This document shows positions 55,819 to 64,000 of a DNA stretch of 64,000 nt, one piece after another (positions within the stretch are counted from its first letter, which is position 1; the number at the start of each line of letters is the position of its first letter). Made by a program: the position numbers and the translations under genes. The stretch comes from an uncultured Candidatus Saccharibacteria bacterium (lineage in GTDB: Bacteria > Patescibacteriota > Minisyncoccia > Phycocordibacterales > UBA6899). The DNA lies in contig CAYXYK010000001.1 in NCBI GenBank assembly GCA_964469335.1, forward strand, positions 142,501-206,500, in the 5' to 3' direction. The notes beneath the pieces were generated by a model that was given only the letters and a program-made list of their open reading frames with translations, had not been told where the DNA came from and did not search any database.

Positions 55819-56298
55819 ATGGAAAAAGAACAACACATTCGTGAGACGCTTACTACACTCTTAGGTCATTTAGGAGTGGAAGTGACCGATATTATTATCG
55901 AGAAGGATGGGAAAACTGATTCCACACGTTTTATTATTGCGACGCCGGATTCCGCCATCCTCATCGGTGAACACGGCGCAAGATTGTTGGCTCTCAATCA
56001 TCTCATGAAGCGTATTGTCGAGAAAAACAGTGAAGAAACAAGCCCTTTCTTTGTCGACGTGAATGATTACCAGAAGAAGCGCATCGAAGATATTCGTGCA
56101 AAAGCGCATATGCTTGCAGAACGGGCGAGATATTTCAAAAGTTCTGTCGAAATGGACCCAATGAGCTCATATGAACGCATGATTGTGCATGCTGAATTTT
56201 CAGAGGAAAAAGATATCACGACAGAGTCGACCGGTGCGGGGAGGGATAGACGCGTGATCATTCGCTTCTCAGAGACAAAAATCGAAGCTGACAAATAG
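55819..56298 (+). CDS. jag: Jag/KhpB (KH plus R3H RNA-binding protein)
   Basis: Synteny and the R3H region. Confidence 0.7.
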   Translation: MEKEQHIRETLTTLLGHLGVEVTDIIIEKDGKTDSTRFIIATPDSAILIGEHGARLLALNHLMKRIVEKNSEETSPFFVDVNDYQKKRIEDIRAKAHMLAERARYFKSSVEMDPMSSYERMIVHAEFSEEKDITTESTGAGRDRRVIIRFSETKIEADK

Positions 56299-56299
56299 A

Positions 56300-57043
56300 T
56301 TACTGCCGCCTTCTAATTCGGTAGAACACAAACGCAAACACAAGGATCAGGACTCCTCCAACGAATGAGAGGATCGTTTTTGTGTCGATCGACCCCCCTT
56401 TTACTATAGAGCCTTCCCCTGTGGTTATATATGAGGTGTCGGTCGCAGAAGGAGTTGCTGATGAAGGTGGAGCTACGATGTCAGGTGTCGGCGAAACAGG
56501 GTTAGGTGTCGAAACAGGCTCTATCGGCGGGCTTATTACTACTGCGTCTGGTGGAATGGGGCAGTCAGCCGGACAATTAAGATAGGTTTCCCCGCTTTTA
56601 GCGTCACATATGTTGTTGTCGTTGCAAAATGACGAGTCTTTCACTGACACAGTAAACAACATCCTCCCCCCTTTTTCATAAAACGAGACATGGTCAGCGT
56701 TCGCAAAGTACGGGGCACGGACACTCATGATGCTTTTGCCGAGTGAGACTACCGTAGATGTAGGAGCCATGAATCCAAATCGGGCCTCCTCTCTGTTCTT
56801 CCCATTAAACACGATGCCATAAAAATCTGATTCATCACTTTTAAATTCGGGAATGAACTTCATCGGTACTGGGGAATATTTGTCTTTGACCCCTTCCTCT
56901 ACCTGTAAGGTGTTTTGCTTATATTCCAAATGAAAAACATAGATCCAGTCTTCGCTATCAACCATGGCATGAACGAGCATCGGTGTGAATAGTATTGTTA
57001 TGAGGAGAGTGGTGATCTTTTTCATATATGGTTCTTGTTTCAT
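56300..57043 (-). CDS. Secreted protein with Pro/Thr-rich stalk and C-terminal TM anchor plus basic tail
   Basis: Signal peptide; ...SIDTKTILSFVGGVLILVFAFVFYRIRRRQ C-terminus. Confidence 0.4.
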   Translation of the reverse strand: MKQEPYMKKITTLLITILFTPMLVHAMVDSEDWIYVFHLEYKQNTLQVEEGVKDKYSPVPMKFIPEFKSDESDFYGIVFNGKNREEARFGFMAPTSTVVSLGKSIMSVRAPYFANADHVSFYEKGGRMLFTVSVKDSSFCNDNNICDAKSGETYLNCPADCPIPPDAVVISPPIEPVSTPNPVSPTPDIVAPPSSATPSATDTSYITTGEGSIVKGGSIDTKTILSFVGGVLILVFAFVFYRIRRRQ

Positions 57044-58272
57044 TAGTATCCTGGGTGGTTTGTGCAGTACAACACATTTGTTGCATATTTTCGAGTCCCA
57101 ATCAATCCGCTGTTGCAGACTTTGTGGGCATTGTCATCATAGAGGCACTCCCATTGTCGAACCTGCGTATGTCCCGCATCACAACTCGTGTCACTTCCAC
57201 ATGATGCCGAGTCCTGGCATCTCCCCGCCCCCGCATTGTATCCCGCCGCAAGATTTCGGACATCATTTCCACAACTTCCGGTGAGTGATTTGACGTACTC
57301 AGCGGCAATGCAGATGCTTTTGGGCCAATTCTTCTCTTCTGCAAGCCACCCAAGAGTGATGGTGTCAGTGACTCCACATGAACCAGAATTCTTGAACTTG
57401 TTCGCAGTTGCAGGAGTGAGGTGGATTGGCCCTGCCGACAGACCGTCAAAACCCACCACATCAGAAGGGCGTGCGACACAGCTCGACTCCTGAAGTATCA
57501 GTGCTTTCAGAAAATTCGCCGTTGCGACACCGCTCGCGTAGGTGTTCACCATCGGAACGAATCGGGCACAATTCGGATTCGTACATTGTCGGAAGGTCTC
57601 TTCGCAAAGATTCATTCCTGACTGCGGACAAGTGACACTCCCCGCCGTCGTGACTGGGGGAGGAGTCGATCCTGGAGGAGCGGCAACTTTCGTTGGCTCA
57701 TAACACTTACTCTGGATGAGATAGTGTGCGGGATCTGCCTGGAAATTACTACGAATGTTATCGCACTGTTCACATGTGTCAGCACTTTGGAATTTCACAT
57801 TTCCGGTCGTATTGTCCCGGTATTTGAAATAGCAGCCCGGTCCGGTCGGATTCGGCTCGGTCGTTGCAGTGGAGGCAGGAGTGGTGAGGGTAACCGCATT
57901 GACCAATGTCTGTGTATTTTTCAGCAAGAGTGGATTGATGGTGTTGAGGAGGAGCCATGAGCCGATCGCTAGCAGCACTCCGAATATCGCATTGGTGATA
58001 CACTCTTTTGCTGCACTTTTCCCCGATACCGACCCGGAGGCCATCAGTTGGATGCCGCAGATGACGATCATGATGACCGCGAGGATCCCCGCGATGCCGA
58101 TAGTGGTCTCAAGAATACCCTTGAGATAGTTCGCGAGATTCACACAACCAGTAAGGGTACCGATCGGAGCAAGGAGATCATATTCGTCCGGACTCGCACA
58201 GGCGGCGAATGCAGTGTTGGTAGTTAATCCAAGAACAAGAAACGGCAAATGACGGAATTGGCGTATGGTCAT
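57043..58272 (-). CDS. VirB2/TrbC-pilin-like N-terminal module fused to an SLT-family lytic transglycosylase (VirB1-like)
   Basis: N-terminal two-TM module shared with 58490-59605 and 30986-32938; C-terminal LILQESS (catalytic E-S) and AAGYNAGAG (SLT AYNAG motif). Confidence 0.6.
   Translation of the reverse strand: MTIRQFRHLPFLVLGLTTNTAFAACASPDEYDLLAPIGTLTGCVNLANYLKGILETTIGIAGILAVIMIVICGIQLMASGSVSGKSAAKECITNAIFGVLLAIGSWLLLNTINPLLLKNTQTLVNAVTLTTPASTATTEPNPTGPGCYFKYRDNTTGNVKFQSADTCEQCDNIRSNFQADPAHYLIQSKCYEPTKVAAPPGSTPPPVTTAGSVTCPQSGMNLCEETFRQCTNPNCARFVPMVNTYASGVATANFLKALILQESSCVARPSDVVGFDGLSAGPIHLTPATANKFKNSGSCGVTDTITLGWLAEEKNWPKSICIAAEYVKSLTGSCGNDVRNLAAGYNAGAGRCQDSASCGSDTSCDAGHTQVRQWECLYDDNAHKVCNSGLIGTRKYATNVLYCTNHPGY
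57901..58217. repeat. 317-bp module identical to 59231-59547
   Basis: Encodes residues about 18-125 of both pilin-like proteins; exact DNA identity. Confidence 0.9.
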
Positions 58273-58489
58273 GATGGCGTATACGTTAAGTATACTATAA
58301 ACCTATCGTGCAATCCCTCGAGCGTTATATTCTAAGTGGATATCTAAGGCAGATTCTTGTCATAAAACAGGAAATCCCGTGAATCCGGAGCTTGAGTTGT
58401 GGGAAGGGGCAATATTCGCCCAGGTTTGCGCCACGACTACGCCCGATGTACTCAGAACATAGAATCGGACCAGGTGATGGTTATACCAA

Positions 58490-59605
58490 TCAGATTTGTG
58501 TACATGCTTTCTGGAACAAGCCTGCACTTTTCCCTGCAGGTGCGGTGGTTCCGTCTCGACATACATGCCAGTGAGGAAATTTTGAGCCGCCAGTCTCATC
58601 AGTGAACCAATATCCATTGTAAAGCCATTTTTGGAAGCAGTATCCAGCCTTTACATCACAAAAAGACGGGTTCGCTTTCACGGTGGCATTCGTCTTGATG
58701 AAATTATATAGCGTGTCAGTCTTTGAGAGGTCGAAGACAGGAATCCCTGAGCCATGACTCGAGTGCCCCCCTTCTGTCCCCCCGGTGATCGTGACTTTGC
58801 AGCCGCATGCGCTTGCAAGGCTTTTTAGGTCACTAATAAGGGTACCATCAAGTCCGTCGACATTCGTGCAGTTCACCCCTCCGGTATTAGTCGGGGCGCA
58901 GGAATTCTTATTGATATAGACATTGGAGTTACTCGAACTTGTGCACGAGTCATTCCCGCAAATGGAGTTCCTTGTCGCCACCTCGCCAGCTGGCTGGGCG
59001 GACTTTCTGATCTCAAAACAACCCGGGGTCCCGTTAGGGCCGTTCTGGATCACCGATCCATTATCCGCTTCTTTTTTTTGAAGCTGAAGACAGGATTCCG
59101 ATGTCTCATATTTCGGGCTGTTCTTGATGTTCCCTGCACTATCACGATATCTGAAATACCAACCTGCTTCTGTCGGCATCGGGGCAGTCGTCGGACCAGC
59201 GGCCGGCGGAGTCGTTAGTGTGGTTGCAGTCACCAATGTCTGTGTATTTTTCAGCAAGAGTGGATTGATGGTGTTGAGGAGGAGCCATGAGCCGATCGCT
59301 AGCAGCACTCCGAATATCGCATTGGTGATACACTCTTTTGCTGCACTTTTCCCCGATACCGACCCGGAGGCCATCAGTTGGATGCCGCAGATGACGATCA
59401 TGATGACCGCGAGGATCCCCGCGATGCCGATAGTGGTCTCAAGAATACCCTTGAGATAGTTCGCGAGATTCACACAACCAGTAAGGGTACCGATCGGAGC
59501 AAGGAGATCATATTCGTCCGGACTCGCACAGGCGGCGAATGCAGTGTTCGACGGAGCTAATAAGGCGAGGATTGGGAAGAATGTGTAAATCGCAAATCTG
59601 CTCAT
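58490..59605 (-). CDS. VirB2/TrbC-pilin-like N-terminal module fused to an M15-family (VanY / L-Ala-D-Glu peptidase-like) cell wall peptidase
   Basis: EGGHSSHGSGIPVFDL (SxHxxGxAxD-like) and FPHWHV (HWH) metal-binding motifs in the C-terminal domain. Confidence 0.5.
   Translation of the reverse strand: MSRFAIYTFFPILALLAPSNTAFAACASPDEYDLLAPIGTLTGCVNLANYLKGILETTIGIAGILAVIMIVICGIQLMASGSVSGKSAAKECITNAIFGVLLAIGSWLLLNTINPLLLKNTQTLVTATTLTTPPAAGPTTAPMPTEAGWYFRYRDSAGNIKNSPKYETSESCLQLQKKEADNGSVIQNGPNGTPGCFEIRKSAQPAGEVATRNSICGNDSCTSSSNSNVYINKNSCAPTNTGGVNCTNVDGLDGTLISDLKSLASACGCKVTITGGTEGGHSSHGSGIPVFDLSKTDTLYNFIKTNATVKANPSFCDVKAGYCFQKWLYNGYWFTDETGGSKFPHWHVCRDGTTAPAGKSAGLFQKACTQI
59231..59547. repeat. 317-bp module identical to 57901-58217
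   Basis: See the paired copy. Confidence 0.9.
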
Positions 59606-59615
59606 TGGTTAATCG

Positions 59616-61049
59616 TTATTTCTTTCTGCTACTAGAGGTTGCTGTGGCCGAGGGGAGACTTCCTATCGCATCGCGCATTTCCTCAGGAGTAAGTTCAGGG
59701 AGGACGACCCCAGTGCTTTCTTCCAGCTCGTCACTGGTAGTATATTTTGATTTTTCAAGTCTCATCGACCAAAGAGTCGAGTCATTCTTGTCGACAAAAA
59801 AGAAATGGTCTTCCGTTTTGTCCAGGAATGGGATGAAGACATCAAAAGTCCTACCGGTTTCCTTCTTTGGGTCTGCGAGGAATACAAGGTCGGAAAGATC
59901 AGTATTAATCGTCCAAAACGTATCTGAGAATGAAAGTGCACCCTGATACCAATCATCTGGTATCTGCGCGCGCGGAGTCGATGCGAATGCTCCGCAGTAT
60001 ACGCGGACCGCATTGAGCGACCAAGCGCATTTTTCCGGAAGGGTTGCAAGTTGGAGCGGTGCGGTGTGAGTGACCACTCCTTCATCCTGGCTGAAACCCT
60101 GTTTGTCATAGAAACTCAAAATGGTACTGCCGACAATATTCTCGCTGTAGATCACCCGCTCACCTTTTGCGGTAGCAAGTGTGGTCAAGCCATTCTTTTC
60201 CCTAATGATGCGTGCGAGTGATTTATTGCTTGTATTGTAGAGGTAGGAATAGCCGAATGCATTTGCCGACGCTTTCGAGGTAAGAATGACATTCCCGTCA
60301 TCAAGCATCTGTGGAAGCCACTCACTGAATGAATTACGGAAAACCTCCACCCCTACTTTAGAGGTGATATTGACGACTGTTCCTGAAACCCCGTCTTCAA
60401 CGGGAAGGAGGTAGAATAGTTTCGTTCCGTCTGCTGAAACACTTACTGAAGCGATATTGTCAGGGAGCTGTGGGTCGAAGGTTTTAAGTGATCCGAGTGC
60501 GTCGGGGGTAATCTCAGAAGGAAGGTTGAGGTCTGCGATCTGTGTCTTGATGATGTCTTTTCTTGCGAGGTCGTCGTGCTTGAGGTAGCGCAGTATGACC
60601 GTGTTCCCTCCTAATGCCCAATAGGCCTCATAAATGCGCGGGATGACGGTATTGGTGATCTGGGTGGAAACACCAGTTGTGGGGTCAACATCATATACGT
60701 AGCCGTTCTCTCGTGCGATGTATCGCACTGCTGTCTTTCCATTCTTCACAATGGAAATCGCTCCAGCGACTTGGATTGTCGAAAGTTGCCTGAAAAGTGG
60801 CTCACTCGCTTCCCCTGTTGTCCCTCCTCCGTCTCCTTCAGTTCCGTTCCCGCCCCCGGTGATCTGGCTATTCGTTGGTCTTGGTACATCCGTACCGCTA
60901 TTCCCAAACAACGCGCCGAATGATGTGGTGCCTGATCCGTCCGTCTTCCCTCCCTTTAAGAGGAAGAATGCGGCAATGAGGACGAGTAGAACAACCGCAA
61001 CGATTGTAACGACGATGACGATCTTTTTTTGTGGGTGCTGCTCTTCCAT
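59616..61049 (-). CDS. Membrane-anchored secreted protein (N-terminal TM, Gly/Thr-rich linker, beta-rich ectodomain)
   Basis: Topology only. Confidence 0.4.
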   Translation of the reverse strand: MEEQHPQKKIVIVVTIVAVVLLVLIAAFFLLKGGKTDGSGTTSFGALFGNSGTDVPRPTNSQITGGGNGTEGDGGGTTGEASEPLFRQLSTIQVAGAISIVKNGKTAVRYIARENGYVYDVDPTTGVSTQITNTVIPRIYEAYWALGGNTVILRYLKHDDLARKDIIKTQIADLNLPSEITPDALGSLKTFDPQLPDNIASVSVSADGTKLFYLLPVEDGVSGTVVNITSKVGVEVFRNSFSEWLPQMLDDGNVILTSKASANAFGYSYLYNTSNKSLARIIREKNGLTTLATAKGERVIYSENIVGSTILSFYDKQGFSQDEGVVTHTAPLQLATLPEKCAWSLNAVRVYCGAFASTPRAQIPDDWYQGALSFSDTFWTINTDLSDLVFLADPKKETGRTFDVFIPFLDKTEDHFFFVDKNDSTLWSMRLEKSKYTTSDELEESTGVVLPELTPEEMRDAIGSLPSATATSSSRKK

Positions 61050-61064
61050 AAGTTATAACTATGA

Positions 61065-62060
61065 CTATTGTCGATTTTCTTCAGGGAGGCTAATAGTTGT
61101 CACACTTTGTCCGTCTTGAAGCAAGTGACGAGTGGTCTGGACGCGAAGTGTTGCCTTGAATTGCTGAGCCCTCAGTTGTTCTTCGTCAGTTCCTTTTTTT
61201 GAAACGAGAAGGAGCGTTGGGTCGAGTCCTGGAACTACATTGCTGTTTCCGAGTCTCCATGTGTATATCAGAACCCCCTCATCGACATCCTCTTTTGAAA
61301 AGAAATACGGCACTGCTTTGATGGTAAATTGATTACCCGATCCCGTTACTTCCTTCCCGAGGGCCTTGTTGAAATTGATACCCAATAGAGGTGCTTGCTC
61401 ATAGAATCGAACGACTGCTTCCCCTCCTCTTATGTTGTCAGTGCGTTGTCCCGCCCATTCATCTCCAGGAAGAGATACATCAACTGAGACAGGAACTGGG
61501 GTGTCTGCATAACCCATTTTGATCAGTGCGCTGTTCCTTCCCAACCCTTGACCGACAGTAAGGGTGCGGTTGTATTTCCAGCTGTACATGAACTGCCTCG
61601 GCTCACTTGATGCTTTTCCGTAGCGCGGGATAGCGGTGACTTTGACCAGACTCTTGAACGTCGGGATCGCTTTTCCTTTGTAGAAGGGAGGGGTGTATGT
61701 CTGCGCTTCCCACAGCATGTCTATCTCAGAAGGAGTGATCGTGATCTTCTTTTCTTTTTTTACCCCAAGGTTCGAGATAATGACCGCCGTCAGGTTTATC
61801 ACCTGCCCGAATTCCCCGGTCCTGACCTTTATTGATTTTTCTCCGACTCCCTGCTTGATAGGGTCCTTTTCCTGATACCAGATGATCTCGGCAGAATTGA
61901 GATCTGTGCTAAAGGAATCCAGAGTTACAGTGACTTCCTCATTCTCGCCCGGAGTCTTTGGGTTGAATTTTGCGTTTATGAGATCGATCCCTACCGCGAA
62001 GGAAGTGGTCGGCATAAACACCCCGGCAACAAGAAGCAATGTAAATAGTTTTTTCATCAT
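61065..62060 (-). CDS. Secreted hypothetical protein
   Basis: Signal peptide MMKKLFTLLLVAGVFMPTTSFA. Confidence 0.4.
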   Translation of the reverse strand: MMKKLFTLLLVAGVFMPTTSFAVGIDLINAKFNPKTPGENEEVTVTLDSFSTDLNSAEIIWYQEKDPIKQGVGEKSIKVRTGEFGQVINLTAVIISNLGVKKEKKITITPSEIDMLWEAQTYTPPFYKGKAIPTFKSLVKVTAIPRYGKASSEPRQFMYSWKYNRTLTVGQGLGRNSALIKMGYADTPVPVSVDVSLPGDEWAGQRTDNIRGGEAVVRFYEQAPLLGINFNKALGKEVTGSGNQFTIKAVPYFFSKEDVDEGVLIYTWRLGNSNVVPGLDPTLLLVSKKGTDEEQLRAQQFKATLRVQTTRHLLQDGQSVTTISLPEENRQ

Positions 62061-62686
62061 ATGTATTTTGCCACTTTAACGGCTACACGTGCCACCTTAA
62101 CCACCTTCTGGGTCGTATTCCCTGCTTGTGCGATCGCCTTCACTCCGCGTCCAAAGACGTATGCAGCCACAAACGTCACCGTTGTGAGTGGGAGAACATC
62201 TAAAAACGGCAATGCGTCAACGAAAGCACCAATCGACATGATCACAAGTCGAAGCGCGAATCCTCCCCCGATATACGCGAAGTATGCAACAAGGGTGAAG
62301 TCAATCATGAGCCCAGTCCCCTTATCAAGAAGCTCTGAAAAGATACCAAGCGGAACACCAACAACCGCTCCGGCGACCGTTGCAGAGAGTGCGAGACCAA
62401 GCAAGTCGAGTAATACACTGAAAACATCAACTGTGTCCTTGATGACGGCAATACCGAATACGAGCCAAAATAATACTGGGCCACCTTTGACTTGCATGTT
62501 CCCTGCAGCAGTCTTCGTTTCTTCCCAGTCCTGAGGGGTGGTTTGAGTACCATTGTTCTGCATCCTTCTTGAGTAGGCGTCACGTATCGCACGGCTTCGT
62601 TGTCGTGTTGCTTCCGCGCCTGCTTCTCGCCTCGCGGCGGCCGTCCCCACCTTTACGGTATCGCTTATTGTCGCCATATGCTCCAA
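62057..62686 (-). CDS. Polytopic membrane protein (possible T4SS VirB3/VirB6-like component)
   Basis: Four to five TM helices; position next to the VirB4-like ATPase. Confidence 0.35.
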   Translation of the reverse strand: MEHMATISDTVKVGTAAARREAGAEATRQRSRAIRDAYSRRMQNNGTQTTPQDWEETKTAAGNMQVKGGPVLFWLVFGIAVIKDTVDVFSVLLDLLGLALSATVAGAVVGVPLGIFSELLDKGTGLMIDFTLVAYFAYIGGGFALRLVIMSIGAFVDALPFLDVLPLTTVTFVAAYVFGRGVKAIAQAGNTTQKVVKVARVAVKVAKYI

Positions 62687-62764
62687 TCATTATAACTGAA
62701 TAATGGCGAACATACCGCCTATATTAAGGAAAACTGTTGATAGCCGAAGGCGTTTGTGCTGGCA

Positions 62765-64000
62765 CTACTTTGAGGCAGCAAGCTCTTGCTTCGCCTTCGC
62801 AATAGCGAGCATTTGAGCTGGGTCTGACGAGACGATCTGATCTTCGGTATATGAGGCATACACCTTGATCGCGACATGCTTGAGTCCTGCGAAAAATAGG
62901 CCTTCCCCGACCCCTGATTCGAGCAAGAGGTACTTTTCCTCATCTGTTAGGTGGAATGTCTGCTGGACCAGGTCGATCGTCGTCGGCGACTGTTTGAGAA
63001 GGATCTGGATCGACGAGTTGGTAAGGATCGGAAGTCCATATGGTGAACGAAGGAAGTCGTTGACGTCCTGGGTGATGGTCGCGATCCCAAGATAATATTT
63101 GCGCCCGCGTTTCGCAAGTCCGAAAAGGAATGAGGCGGTGTCTTCGGATTTCATCATCCACCACGCTTCATCGACGATCATCAAGCGTTTTCTGAGCTCC
63201 TTACGCACTGCGGTCCAGATGTGGTGGGTAATGATATACACTGCGACCGGCTTCAGTTCGTCCTCCATATTTCGCACGGAAAATACCGTGAATCGCTTGG
63301 TGATATCAACATTCGTCGGATTATTGAGGAAGCCCGACCAGGTGCCCTTGGTGTATTTCTCGAGACGTTGCAAGATACTCTCGGTGCCGTCCATTCCGGA
63401 AAGTACAAGCTCGAAGTCAGACAGCAGCGGAGGCTCGATTGTCGAGAAATCCGAGTCCCCTGAGATGTCCTTCAGGTTGTATGTTTCCGCAACTGCACGG
63501 TCGATGATCGCATCTTCTTCAGGAGAAAGTCCTCCGAGCATGATGCGGAATAGTCCGACAAGGAAGATGATGTTCGAGCGAAGGACATCCGATGCCGACT
63601 CATCATCACGCGGAACAGGGAGATCAAACGGATTGATGTGGTGTTCCGAGGTCAGTGAGATGTTGAAGTATCTCCCACCGGTTGCTTCTGCGAGGAATTG
63701 ATACTCTTGTTCAGGGTCGATGACGATGACGTCGGCATCGAACATGAGCGTACGAAGGATCTCCAGCTTGGTGGTGTATGACTTTCCGGATCCGGACACC
63801 GCAAAAGTGACCGAGTTGTAGTTCGGCATCGAGAAGCGGTCGAAGAGGATCAGGGAAGCATTATGGCGGTTGATCCCCCAAAGGATCCCTTTGTCCGAGG
63901 TAAGATCGAACGAGACGAACGGAAATATCGAAGAAAGCGGCGCAGAATTGAGTTTGTAGTGCACCTCGAGGTCGTCCGTCATGATAGGAAGAACACTTCG
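62765..64000 (-). CDS. VirB4/TrbE-family T4SS ATPase, C-terminal part (gene continues beyond the window end)
   Basis: Walker A AVSGSGKSYTTK; Walker B with diagnostic DEAW (LMIVDEAWWMM). Confidence 0.7.
   Translation of the reverse strand, partial: RSVLPIMTDDLEVHYKLNSAPLSSIFPFVSFDLTSDKGILWGINRHNASLILFDRFSMPNYNSVTFAVSGSGKSYTTKLEILRTLMFDADVIVIDPEQEYQFLAEATGGRYFNISLTSEHHINPFDLPVPRDDESASDVLRSNIIFLVGLFRIMLGGLSPEEDAIIDRAVAETYNLKDISGDSDFSTIEPPLLSDFELVLSGMDGTESILQRLEKYTKGTWSGFLNNPTNVDITKRFTVFSVRNMEDELKPVAVYIITHHIWTAVRKELRKRLMIVDEAWWMMKSEDTASFLFGLAKRGRKYYLGIATITQDVNDFLRSPYGLPILTNSSIQILLKQSPTTIDLVQQTFHLTDEEKYLLLESGVGEGLFFAGLKHVAIKVYASYTEDQIVSSDPAQMLAIAKAKQELAASK

Noticed and set aside
57869-58129. Antisense ORFs 57869-58129 and 59124-59459 with identical peptides
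   Set aside because: They are shadow ORFs on the opposite strand of the duplicated 317-bp pilin-module DNA. They are useful only as markers of the repeat.

Overview
This 64-kb window comes from a small-genome bacterium with mixed GC content and standard TGA stops. The long rplS and tyrS, the pilMNO and pilB genes, the T4SS-like pilin-domain proteins and the many tRNA genes carrying attached mobile DNA are compatible with a CPR/Patescibacteria-like lineage; that is inference only. Core content: the chromosomal origin region (dnaA-dnaN with a DnaA-box cluster, and rpmH-rnpA-yidD-yidC-jag), ruvX, ruvA, ruvB and ruvC, polA, tyrS, a class A PBP, uppS, rplS, rpsT, tsaE, pilM/N/O, a GspE/PilB ATPase, and 9 tRNA genes (His, two Leu, Val, two Arg, Ser, Lys, plus a rearranged Leu-like locus). 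Accessory content, from start to end: (1) an N6-adenine methyltransferase plus a large serine recombinase whose 3' end overlaps tRNA-His convergently; (2) a composite, nested tRNA-Leu locus; (3) a GC-rich islet between two tRNA-Leu genes carrying a sigma54-type AAA+ protein without an HTH, a TrmB-like regulator and a Mu Gam-like protein; (4) inverted partial copies of tRNA 3' ends interrupted by covarying GCAG-loop hairpins at three tRNA loci; (5) a second large serine recombinase bracketed by perfect 108-bp inverted repeats and overlapping tRNA-Arg; (6) an 8.4-kb segment bounded by inverted 132-bp repeats that holds a small-gene cassette array punctuated by a six-copy composite hairpin motif, a kinase-nucleotidyltransferase-NUDIX trio, and a 346-bp GC-rich element with 26-bp terminal inverted repeats; (7) a T4SS-like locus (VirB4-like ATPase) in which VirB2-like N-terminal membrane modules are fused to a lytic transglycosylase and an M15-like peptidase, with a 317-bp identical module duplicated between two genes. 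All calls are from sequence reading and motif recognition only; no searches were run.
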